Under the pieces are notes generated by a model that worked only from the letters and a program-made list of their open reading frames with translations, had not been told where the DNA came from and ran no database searches. Positions 12,712-24,700 of a stretch of DNA of 64,000 nt are shown piece after piece. The DNA is taken from assembly GCF_964355755.1 (NCBI RefSeq), contig NC_092675.1, forward strand, positions 28,306,912 to 28,370,911, written 5' to 3'. Within the stretch, counting starts at the first letter, position 1; every line of letters starts with the position of its first letter. The position numbers and the translations under genes were made by a program. Source of the stretch: Antedon mediterranea (lineage: Eukaryota > Animalia > Echinodermata).

Positions 12712-13631
12712 ATTAGTTATGATAAAATCAAGACGTGTGATCACCATCATTTTACCGTCGCTTTAGTATCTCTAGGTCGTGGTTAGTCCAGCGTATGTAT
12801 TTACAGTGTCGTATTTAGCTATGATAAAATCAAGACGTGTGATCACCATCATTTTCCCGTCGCTTTAGTATCTCTAGGTCGTGGTTAGTTCAACGTATGT
12901 ATTCACAGTGTCGCATTAAGTTATGATATAATCAAGACTTGTGATCACCATCATTTTCCCGCCGCTTTAGTATCTCTAGGTCGTGGTTAGTCCAGCGTAT
13001 GTATTCACAGTGTCGCATTAAGCTATGATAAAATCAAGACGTGTGATCACCATCATTTTCCCGTCGCTTTAGTATCTCTAGGTCGTGGTTAGTTCAACGT
13101 ATGTATTCACAGTGTCGCATTAAGCTATGATAAAATCAAGACGTGTGATCACCATCATTTTCCCGCTGCTTTAGTATCTCTAGGTCGTGGTTAGTCCAGC
13201 GTATGTATTTACAGTGTCGCATTAAGCTATGATATAATCAAGACGTGTGATCACCATCATTTTCCCGTCGCTTTAGTATCTCTAGGTCGTGGTTAGTCCA
13301 GCGTATGTATTTACAGTGTCGTATTTAGCTATGATATAATCAAGACGTGTGATCACCATCATTTTCCCGTCGCTTCAGTATCTCTAGGTCGTGGTTAGTC
13401 CAGCGTATGTATTTACAGTGTCGCATTAAGTTATGATATAATCAAGACGTGTGATCACCATCATTTTCTAGTCACTTTAGTATCTCTAGGTCGTGGTTAG
13501 TCCAGCGTATGCATTCACAGTGTCGCATTAAGCTATGATATAATCAAGATGTGTGATCACTATCATTTTCCAGTCGCTTTAGTATCTCTAGGTCGTGGTT
13601 AGTCCAGCGTATGTATTTACAATGTCGCATT
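12712..13631. repeat. Minisatellite, 9 copies of a 102-bp unit derived from the 3' end of the 620-aa CDS
   Basis: GATAWAATCAAGA..GTGATCAC recurs at 12721, 12823, 12925, 13027, 13129, 13231, 13333, 13435 and 13537 (period exactly 102). The rightmost copy is the real CDS end. Confidence 0.97.
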
Positions 13632-15406
13632 GACAGAAATAGAGGCGAAATTTGTACGTCATCCTTTAGAGTGATTTGCTGTTTTTGTGGCTTTCTTGTT
13701 TTATTCCAGTCTACACATTTGGTAACAAATGGATTATTGAGCGGAGGAAGCATTTCTGGCAGGAGACCTATACCGCGAGTTGAACTTCGTCGTCTGCGAG
13801 GACGTCGTGGTTGCACATCTTCTGTAGTGTTCTCTTTGGTGCTGTGAATATTGATGGGTAATTCCTTGTCTAGAATGCTCGCAACTTTATACTTTAACTG
13901 CGCGTCTGTTAAGCGACCATGCACCCTTTCTCCAGTCACAGTTTCTTCATAGAAACTTCCATTTGGCAATGTTCTTATAACAATTTCAATTCGAATGTAA
14001 TCTTCTTTGTTTAACTTTGGGTTATTTATTTCAGAATGTAACACTTTTTTTATCTTAGCTTCATCTTCTTCAGATATTGTATTCATTTTAAGATCGTGTT
14101 TATCTGTGATTGCTTTAGGCATTGGACTGTCTGGACGTTTCTCAACTGGAGCAGACGACACTTGGGGAATTTTCTTACGTTTAAATTTTCTTTTTGATCT
14201 CAACATTTTACCCAGAATTCTCCATGGTGCGTTTACTTGAGAAGTTTCATTTCTCATTGCTTCCTTCTTCAATTTACTGACCACAATATCCATATTGGTA
14301 GATGTTTCTCCTAATTCTGTTTCAATTTTTACCCCTGGAGCAAATTCTCTCACTTCTTCCAAATGATCATCGTCTGCGAATGTGACGCGTTTATTTGGTC
14401 CATGACTGCTTCCGGGTCGTGTTGGTTGACCGCTAAGAGTACCGATAGATTTCAGACGTTTAATAAGTTCATCACAATCATACGAACCTGAAACTGTATC
14501 AACGTTTGTTTCTTCTGTTTCCTCGGCAATGGAAGACAGTGGAGATGACGATTGATAGGCGCTATCTTCATCTTCGCTTTCAAGTTCGTTTATTGTGTCC
14601 AGTTCATTATCAGACGCATTTTTGTCGTCAATAAACTGCGAGTCTACAGCAAGGTGGATATTGATGCCTTTTCTCTTTCCATTCGTCCTTTTCATTTTCT
14701 TCTTCTTAAGTCTATTCTTAAGACGTCTCTGTATAGATTTAGTATCGCTCTTTTCTGAGTCGTTCGTCTTATTTGATGTTTTAACTATAGATTCCTCGAT
14801 CTTAAATACAGTCTCACGAGGGTTTCGTGTGACATCCTTATTAAATGGAGGCGCGAGTATTGGCAGACGATATCTGGTTGTTTTATGATCCATAGATTTC
14901 TCATGATTGTTACTGTAATCGTCTTTTACATTGTTAACAAGATTGTTATAGTTACTTTCGTAATTTAAAGTTTTTGCTATGTTCTTAACGTCTAAAGTCG
15001 GTACACTATAGCCTGCACATAGTTTAAATAAAGATCTATTCCTTAAGTTATCTTGGATGATTTCTCTCCCAACCTGCTGTCTTGGTCTGTTGTATTCAGA
15101 TCGCCTGAATGGCCGTTCACCTAAGGCACGAGGATAACAAAATCGACGCTTTGCATCGTAAATATCAAGATCATCAAAGATCTCACTGCCAACCGAATTA
15201 GATCTTCTAACATTAGACAAAGTTACAATATCGTTACCACCTCTTTCTTGTGCCGAATGTTCTCGTGTGTAATATATTTTCGGTAGACGATTGCTTGTTG
15301 TCTTCGTGTTACGGATTTTGTTGAAAAACTCATTTTTGAAATCACAGTTAATAACTGGTATTCGTCGTACATACATATCATGATTTTGATATAAGGATAC
15401 AGGCAT
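13544..15406 (-). CDS. Intronless uncharacterised, largely disordered 620-aa protein with a PP1-binding RVxF motif and a basic NLS-like tract
   Basis: 1863-nt ORF in AT-rich DNA is far longer than chance. K/R- and D/E/S-rich; motifs KRVTFADDDHLEEVREF, RRLKNRLKKKKMKR, C-terminal MRHCKYIRW. No domain recognised. Confidence 0.8.
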   Translation of the reverse strand: MPVSLYQNHDMYVRRIPVINCDFKNEFFNKIRNTKTTSNRLPKIYYTREHSAQERGGNDIVTLSNVRRSNSVGSEIFDDLDIYDAKRRFCYPRALGERPFRRSEYNRPRQQVGREIIQDNLRNRSLFKLCAGYSVPTLDVKNIAKTLNYESNYNNLVNNVKDDYSNNHEKSMDHKTTRYRLPILAPPFNKDVTRNPRETVFKIEESIVKTSNKTNDSEKSDTKSIQRRLKNRLKKKKMKRTNGKRKGINIHLAVDSQFIDDKNASDNELDTINELESEDEDSAYQSSSPLSSIAEETEETNVDTVSGSYDCDELIKRLKSIGTLSGQPTRPGSSHGPNKRVTFADDDHLEEVREFAPGVKIETELGETSTNMDIVVSKLKKEAMRNETSQVNAPWRILGKMLRSKRKFKRKKIPQVSSAPVEKRPDSPMPKAITDKHDLKMNTISEEDEAKIKKVLHSEINNPKLNKEDYIRIEIVIRTLPNGSFYEETVTGERVHGRLTDAQLKYKVASILDKELPINIHSTKENTTEDVQPRRPRRRRSSTRGIGLLPEMLPPLNNPFVTKCVDWNKTRKPQKQQITLKDDVQISPLFLSMRHCKYIRWTNHDLEILKRLENDSDHTS

Positions 15407-15519
15407 CTTTCCTTCTTGCAGTAACCTACGTTAGGCCTAACGTCTTTTCTTTCCTCGTGTATCTTCGCTAATAAAAACGTAGACACGAAAATAACATAAT
15501 TTACATGTTTACGAATATA

Positions 15520-15629
15520 GTAACATGGCAACTTATATACTTATAAATCTGTGTTATAAACACTGACTTTCTGATATAGAGATGTACAATAATTGGTCAA
15601 CAGTGGTCAGCCATTGTGTGGTTGATTGG
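15520..15629 (-). promoter_or_regulatory. Candidate promoter of the 620-aa gene: RFX X-box-like site plus two CCAAT boxes
   Basis: Minus-strand GTTGCCATGTTAC at 15520-15532 (X-box consensus GTTNCCATGGNAAC, one half imperfect); CCAAT on the minus strand at 15592-15596 and 15625-15629, 33 bp apart. Confidence 0.45.
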
Positions 15630-17829
15630 CGCTACTTAATCAGGACCCCATAAGACGTATCTACGGCATGTGCTCATTGTTAGCGATTGGAGTTGTTCAC
15701 GCCTAGGCCAACATGAAAGCTGGTAACATAATATTTTACATAACGGATATAAGCTAATGGTACATACATTGCGTAATAAAATGATTAAGTATTTAGTTTT
15801 AACATTAAATGATGATTCGATGCTCGTCGGATGTGTGACACAAACACCATTTATTTCAGCTACATTTTTAATACATAAGCTATAACATACATACATTACA
15901 TGATATTCTATATCACAAATTCTATACTTATTGTAATAGAGATAACGATTTTGGTAGACTCAACAGGGAAGAGTGAACTTACATTAATTAATTTCACTCT
16001 TCCTTGGACTCACATATTGTTAAAAATTAACATGACAGAATAAATACTACAAACTAAGGTTTACAGTATAATATCCTGCTTTTTACGGCTCAGCAATGGA
16101 TGCAAACTGAGGATTTTTACTCCGACATTTTTAATGTACACGTCCGTATTACCAGTTTGTGGTCCATGGGCTTTTGTATTATTTTGTATTGTTTTATTAT
16201 GTAATTATGTATATTAGTTAATGAGCTTTGTATCTGTAATGCTGTATATATGTACATTTTGATTACGAAATAAAGAATGAATGAAATTAATTACGCGTTT
16301 CCAAAAGGAAGTAAAGTACAGTTCTTTTATTATCCATATCATTTTAAAGAGATATTAGTACGTGATGTGTTTTATTACTCTTACAAGGCATGAGTTCTCT
16401 ATCTAATTATATATTAAATTAAATCATCAATGCCGGTTTCATTGAAAGCTCTATGTATATATTTTCATTTCAATAAATACTCGTTTTGAAACATCTGTGT
16501 ATTGATGTCCGCTAATCATGTATACAGTAGGAATTATTTATATCCTTTATTATTATTATTATTATTTTCCTATTCATAATTGTGTGTGAAATTATTAAAA
16601 ATCGGGATTATAATAAACCTTAGCAGAATCAGCTAAAGCTCTGTCTACACTATCAAACTAGTTTGACCCAAAAATTGTGATGTGCCAAATATGTATTTAT
16701 ATGACATCATCATGTCCATATTATGTATACAAATTACGTATGAGTAGGGCAAATGTCTCCCTAATTTGAATTAAGTTTGAGTTTATTTTAATTCTTTATT
16801 AGTATCGTGCAAACGCGACTTTACATCTCACTATGTCGGTCTGTTGGTCGGTTGGTTGGTCGGTCGGTAAACACTAACTTAAATTTTAGCACGCGACTTG
16901 TTTTATATAGTTCATGTTTAAGTTAGGTTTTTGTTTTTTTAGTTTCTAACTTGTTCTTATCATTCACGCACGACCATAATAAAAACTAAATGAAAAACTA
17001 TTAAATTTCGGTGCTGTATTTTCATGAATAATAAAAGTTTATTTATACTAGCTTGTTACTCTGTACTGGGTATAATACAATATCTTAATCACCTATCTAA
17101 AATGACAAAACTTGCACGGAAGCGTGCTGATTTGGTTGTAAGTTTGAATATAGTATCTAAATTCCTACTGTATATCATTGTATACCATTTTCAGCCCTTT
17201 TAACTAACACAATTGGCACTCTTCTGAATATTATACATTAAATAGATTCAGATTTTCCACATACCACAATATATTCTAATAATCATTTTCGTTCTGCTTC
17301 AACAAGAAAGGAAGGTCATTGTTATAGTGCCAAAAAATAAACCAGAGATTTATTTTACGGTCGAAAAATTCATGAAATAATAGAATTGAAAGGTGAATTG
17401 TTTACGGGAAACTGTCACGTTTAATAGGAACCGTGATGTCAAAGCACAGACATCTCTCTATATCATTTACTTAGAAGTGGATTAAAATAGAATAAAAGTA
17501 AGTTACTTATGTAAGTAGTTATTTTAATCATACATGTTTATTACACATGTACATTATTCTCGTCTAGCCACAATCATTAGCAGTGTCGGTATGTAGGCAC
17601 AAATATAGCTAATATAATGATATCCTAATAGATATTATGTTTAGCTTTGTACACGCCCCTACAAAATGATCATGTCACATGCGACAGAAACGGTAATGTG
17701 TGAACTGAAAGATGGTACGCTAGTTATTATAACATTTTGCTAACGTCTACTTTATTCGTCTCATGCAAAACAGTTATAAGATTCGAACAATGGCATATTT
17801 GCCAGAGTCAGATTACAGACCATCCTATC

Positions 17830-17978
17830 CCCCGATGTCTATCTATTTCTGATGTATCATAGGAATATTTGGTAATACAGCATCTCATTTATATCACATG
17901 TGGTGCCTGTATTATGTAAGGTTATGTAAGTATTACCAAATATTCCTATGATACTTAGGAAATAGATACAGACCGAGC
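17830..17978. mobile_element. Inverted-repeat element, family D
   Basis: TATCTATTTC..GTATCATAGGAATATTTGGTAATAC ... GTATTACCAAATATTCCTATGATAC..GAAATAGATAC. Related copies at ~38827-39055 and ~48898-49088. Confidence 0.7.
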
Positions 17979-18788
17979 ATTGGATGATCTTATTGGAAAT
18001 GCAATTACTATCCGATCGCGTCGTCCACCTATCCATCCATATAGGCCTACTTTAAGAACTTTATCCCCTTGATTTTAAGGGTTTTACTCGTTTCAGTCTT
18101 TGCTTGCGAAATAAGTCGAATCAATTCGGTCTACTAGTATTGTGGTAAATAACACACATACAACTGGCTATGGTGTGTAAAGTATGGGATATTGTCTTCG
18201 TCCAGTACAGAAAGAAATTTACGACATAAGCGAAATGATTGCTATCATTGTATCAATATTTGTGTTAATTTACTGACACTTGAGTTAATTATATTTAGTA
18301 TAAAATCTTTTATATATATTTCTATTTTTTGACTTTGTATTATTACAAATCGTATTCTCATTTCACGGTCAAATAGATCACAGTAAATGCATTTATTGTA
18401 CAATCGAAGGTATGACCAACTGACTCCAATCCACGCATGACCAATCGCCATTTGTCTAATCTCGCTACAAACAACACTGTTACTACAAAATAATTGCAAA
18501 AAAGTATAAGGATTAATATGGTGGTTCACAACTATTTTTGTTATTTACAAAAGATGACAAAACAGATAATTTGAAAAATATAAAACAAGTTTCACTCGAC
18601 CTCTCTTTCCACAATGTTTGGATTAGCGATAGGCACATCTTAATGCACCTGTATACAGCTCGATAATTACATATAGAATTAAACACACTATCGCACTTGG
18701 TCATTGTGTCATCATCTGCGCACGAAAACGCGCGTAGTGACCGCGCAGAGTCACTAAATGATGTTGATGTTTATTATTTCAGATAAAG

Positions 18789-21700
18789 ATGTCAGTTCAG
18801 GATAGATATTTTGAATTTATTGGCAATGGGAGTATAGCAGATATGGAGACGATGCTGAACACTGCCAGTGATATTGGACTAGACGTGAACGCATTGGACG
18901 CCAATGGACATAATGCCTATGTTATTGCAATAAATGAGGGATTTGATAGTAAGTAAACAAAATACATGTGTACCTTTATCTAAATCCTACACTGGCAATC
19001 GTTTGTTTTCTCAAACTGCAAGTTTGGCAAATAAAAAGTTTGAAGTTTGCTGGTCTAGGCCATCAGTTGACAAACTTCGCTAAACTGCAAACAACAAGTT
19101 CGTAGAAAGAAGTGTAGGCCCAACGCTAGTTTGCTAGTATTATTAAGTATTAAAGACTAGTTCGGTAAAACATTAATAGGCCTACACTGTAAACAATGTA
19201 AACACATTGGGTCAAGTCTGTTAGGTTATTGTTCCGTATTCTTAATTTAATTGGAGGCCTTTTTATGCATGTTTTATGGTGAATAACTGTACATGTATTG
19301 AATAATACTAAATACTGTTAATATTATTGTGTTTTAGTTATTGTCAAAGTTCTTCTGCGGTTTCGCGTCAAAATAGGCGATGCTCTTCTCTATGCCGTTG
19401 AAAATAACGCAGTAGAGGTCGTCAAGATGATATGTTCATACGCCATTACTTTACCTCAGAAAGTGAGTAAGCAGTTATCATTTTCTTAGTAATAATATTA
19501 TCTTTTTAAGCATATTTTCTCCATAAAAAGACCTTCAAGATTTCAAGCCTATTTGTGTTGTAAAATTGCGTTTGGATTTCATTGTCAGTGAAGCGAAGTA
19601 TGCCAATCATCTTTTGTATTCAACTATTATTTTGTAAACCAATTTTCAAATTATTTTGTCAAAGTAATCTAGTGTGATTTGATGAATAAATGTATTTCAT
19701 TTGTTCGTTACATTTACAGAATTGTCAAGAAATTATCGACTGTCGGTGTTCAACTGACGAATTTCCGAAAATATCAACTCCCATCATTCAGGCAGCATTA
19801 AAAAACAACTTCACAATTGTAAAGGTATTATAAAACAAACCTATCAGAAATGATTTTGTATAGGCCAACTTGCATTCGGTACTAGCTATATCATTTAGGC
19901 GTAATACATTATTAGAAATCCGTTAATTTTTGACATAAGCTCACAATTCTATTGTTATCTCGGGTTATGCTGTCAATAAATATATCTGCACTATTCAACA
20001 TAACAAATTTGCTCTCTCTGTTACAATGCGGATTACAAATTCATCCAGAGACCGCACAGGTTTCCATGTTTTTTTAAAATAATTTATCGGCCTAATACTA
20101 CTAGAGTTGGGTAAAAATGAATTAGTATGCGCTCCTGTTGGAACTACCGCTAAATATTAACCAATACCGTTATATTATTACATATTATATAGATCCTTCT
20201 TGAATACGGAGTTCGAATTCCAGATCCTAAAAAGGATTTAGAACATTTTACCGCTCCACCGGAAACATTGGAACGTTCAAAGGAAATGTTGATTGTATAC
20301 CAGGCCCTGGCAAGTGATGCTTACATCACAGGCAGTAGCATTAACCCTTTACAAGCAGCTTTTGATCTTACTAACGAGCTGAGAGGTCTCAGTGAAAAAC
20401 TTGAAGAATTCAGAGATGAATTTAATGATCTAGCACATCAAGTGGAAGCTTATGCAGGGAAGTTATTGGATCAAACTCGAGATACAGAAGAGGTGAGTAT
20501 AGGCCTACAGCTTGACATTGATAAAGTGAGTAGGCCTGCAACTTAACACTGATAAAAGTGAATAGGCCTACAACTTAACACTGATAAAGTCAGTATGCCT
20601 CCAACTTGACATTGATAAAGTGAGTATGCCTACAACTTGACATTGATAAAGTGAGTAAGCCTACAACTTGACATTGATAAAGTGAGTAGGCCTACAACTT
20701 GATAAACTTTCCCTGCACAAATCAAAAAAGGAGTCGCGATACAGCCAGAAACGTTCATGAATGTAACAAGGAATTGAATTAATTATTTATTTCAGATATT
20801 AACGGTTCTTACGTTTACGGACGGACAGAATACTGAACCAGAAATCTCGCACCTGGCGATGGTGGATTATGCATTAGATTGCTCGCAGAAAAATGTAAGT
20901 TATTTTATCGTGTTTAGCACAAATTTACGCTTATATGTCATCTTGTCATAATTGTTGATCGAAAAGAGGCAACATTTAAACAAAATCAGAGTATAGAATA
21001 TGTTTGTTTTGTGACAAACGGAAGCCATTTACTTTTTACTTTCCTTACTTTAAATAAATAAATTCTTGATTGAAATGGAGACACGATATAAAATGTGTTT
21101 AAAAGGGAAGTACATAAAATTAAGCCTTTTACAACTTCACAAAGCTTAATGACAACGACAAAAAAGAAAGATGTACAAAGTTTACGTTTTATGTGAATGA
21201 AATGGGACCGGTTGCTATTGTTTATTGTAGTAAAAGAAAGATAGTCATTTTAGGCCAAATAAAATGGGTGGTGGTAACATTGAAGATGAAAAAATGATTC
21301 AATTAAAGATGTATTGTCCCAAAATCAGACGTTGAATATGTTATTTGTAGTTTTAATAAAGTTATTCACTTTCGTAAAGGAGGACAATACATCTTTAAGT
21401 GGTGCAAAATAACAGTAACAGTAGTCCTGTACTTTGTTTACAAGATGATAGTTATTACGTAACCGTGGTTTCGTTTCTTCACCAGTTTGTTGCTCACCCA
21501 AACTGTCAGAAAGTAGTCATCAATCAATATTTTCGTCACTTGATTCCGTTGAGAGATGCGTCAACAATGATACAGATGTTGACGCAAATATTGGTAATGA
21601 TTGGGTTTCCGTTTCTGTCAATTGCGTTTCTTGTGTACCCGTCAAAGTATATCGTTCGATTCTTACAAGTACCGTGAGTAAACCTTAATTATTATATTCT

Positions 21701-24700
21701 TTGGTCTGTGGTAGGCTATAGTAGGCCTATTACCTACACTTATTTTCTGGGGTACGGTAAGCGAAGAGGTGGAAGTCGGTGGGTCTGAGATACTAGGCGA
21801 TGAACAACTAATTTTGTGTTTACGTTAATGTATGTTAATTACCGATAACTTGCTTTTGAAGGTATGTCAAATTCTTCATGTCAATCGGATCTGAAATAGT
21901 CTTTCTTGCACTTTTGCTGTATGATACAGTGAGTGATATTCGAGAGGGAGCACCTTACATAGCCACTCAGATTTTAATTTCGATTTGGATTTTAGGTGAG
22001 TAGAACCAGAGAGTTAAGTTACAACTTCCGGGTAGAACGTTGTACTTATATCGTTATTGTTTGATATCAAATATCACTACCATGTCCTGGCATATCACTA
22101 CCATATTTGGGTACATCACACTATTTTTGTCAAATTAGTTTAATAATGTAGACAAAGCTTAGACCTACATTTCGGGAACTAACAATATCAATACAACTCC
22201 AGATTCATTTTTTTAATATGATCATTTTCTTTTTCTAGGAAAAACCTGGGCTGAAATACAACGAATGATAAACGATTACGAAACTTTCTTTGGTAGCGAT
22301 TTGATGACTAGTATTTACAACTATTTGCTCTTGGTTTTATTGTTTTCGGTTTTTATGCTGAGATTTGTTGTTTACCTACAGGTACGTTTAGTAATATTTA
22401 GTAATTAATTAATAAGTAATATTTATGAGTGAGAGAGAGAGAGAGTTGACTCGTGAGATTGTGCAAGTATGTTATAATGGAAGTTCTGTGATGGCGCTAG
22501 TTACAATCCGTTATGCATGATAACAGAATGACGTCATGTATAGAAAGTTAAAAATGTAGAACGATTGGTAATCGGGGTACTGGACTGGAGGGAGACCAGT
22601 GTATGTTATGCTACTGTAACAATCAGACGTAATGTAAATAAAGTACAAATGAATTTAGCTAACTTATGGTTATTTTGTACTTGAAAAGAACAGAACAGAA
22701 GCTATATTTACCGACATCATAGTTTGACAAATATATTAATTTATTACCATAAATTACTGTACAAAATGTAATGTATACGTAATCATTTTAACTTTTACTC
22801 TTTATTTAGGATCTGGATAGGTCTTCTTCAACGAGTCAAATGCAAAAACGTGCATTGGACGATGCAATGTTGCAAGAATCGCAATTCCTCACCAACTCTA
22901 TCCCAAGTTTGAAAAGTCACATCTTGGTTTCTCTTAACGAAACGGAAGGTGACGTCAACGCTAATCTAGATGAAAGTCTTGATGTATTTCTCGCTGACCT
23001 CTTGGGGAAATTGACCTGCAAAACTCCAGAGCAGACTACACCTGAACAATGTGCAGAATCCGACACTCGGTTGAGTCTCGATTCTTACAATCCAGTTCTA
23101 GTCACTGAAGCTATGTACTCCTTTGCTATAGTTTTAGCCTTTTTACGTCTTTCCTCAATCGCTGTTATTAACGAATTTGTGGGACCGCTTCAAATTTCTC
23201 TTAGTGGTATGGTGAAAGATATTGCTGTATTTGGTGGAATATTTTTCGTTGTATGGCTTGCCTTCTCCATTGGTATGAATCAGTTGCACAACACATTCCA
23301 AGCCATTGAGTACGATCAGTGTATTCGAGCCATGACAGAGGATTGTCATCGTGGACCATTCAGCTCGTAAGTTTGATCCCAGCCGGTTTAAGTACCGATA
23401 GTATAACTAAAGCTTTGTTCCCACTTGCGCACCTACAAACGAATTTGACCAATCACAACGCGATGGCTCATCCGAACTGTCGATAGTGATTGGTCAACTC
23501 AATTGGCTACGTAGCTGCGGTGTGTAAGTGGTAACCAAGCTATTGTTTCTAGATTTTTCTGTTTTTGCTATTATTGCTATTATGTTTTTATGCGTAATAT
23601 TCAAGTACTGTATAGGCTATTCATACACAAAACGAACAACTTCAACATTCGACCAAACAAATCAAGAGAAATTCAATTACACAAAATTACAAACAACATT
23701 ACCAAAAATGTATTAATTCTCTGAGAGACAGAATAATTTCCATGAGCCAGCAAGCAGATAGTTGCAATGTTATATAATTCATTTTTTAAAGGTTTGCATG
23801 GATGTGAAATAAACACTAGTAAAGTTAGGTTTGTGGTAGACCAGTTTGTAGGTTTCCTAAAGGAAAACAAAAACATGATTGTTTCAACTTTTCGGTTGTA
23901 TGGAGAGAAAAAGACGGTAGCCTAACTTTACCACACTGGAATATTTTTTCAGATGTTTTGTCAAATCCTAAAACTAGGGAATATTACTGTAACTGGTATT
24001 ATTATTGTTTGTTATTTATCTATTTATTAAAGTGTACGGGCATCGTTGGAAACTTTTTACTGGGCACTATTCGGAAACATAGGCTTTGGTTCTTCGTTTA
24101 TTGGAAATGGTGATTTTCTCTTCAGTGAATTGGTCTCTATAATCTTCTTTGCAATTTACATTGTTGCTGCTGTCATTATCTTGTTGAATGCTTTAATTGC
24201 TATGATGAGCAGTACATATTGTACCGTTGAGGTAGGTTTTATGAAATAACGCTTTTAAAGCTCTGTCCACACTATCAAACTAGTTTAACAAAAAAGTGTG
24301 ATATGCATGCCCATGGTAGTAATGCTTAAATATGGTAGTGATATGACATCATCATGACTTTCAGTTTGGTATACTTAATGTCCACACATAGTTGGACGAG
24401 TCGTAACCAACCTATTCGGCATTAATATTTTTTTTTCAAAATTGTTAAATCACAACATTAATATATTTATGTACACTGTATATCAAACAGGAAAACGCGG
24501 ATATTGAATGGAAGTTTTCGAGAACTGCTACGTGGATGACATTTATGAATCCATCTGTTTCACTGCCTCCGCCATTCAATCTAATCCCGTGTGCTTGGAA
24601 CATCTGTAAGAAGGAAGACACCGAACACGATACACAGGTTACATTTCATTTTGCAAATCATTTTTATGTGAAAGTGGCTGTTGTTAATACTGAAAGTTAA

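Noticed and set aside
12721-13546. Periodic in-frame TGA codons as selenocysteine
   Set aside because: No SECIS recognised, some copies contain in-frame TAA, and the TGA is simply the duplicated native stop.
12712-13631. 102-bp array as a CRISPR-like repeat-spacer array
   Set aside because: Units are near-identical along their whole length with no unique spacers, the context is eukaryotic, and no cas genes are present.
13611-14888. Plus-strand ORFs overlapping the 620-aa ORF (and antisense ORFs over TRP, GPCR and RhoGAP exons)
   Set aside because: Short antisense shadows of real coding sequence with no motifs of their own.
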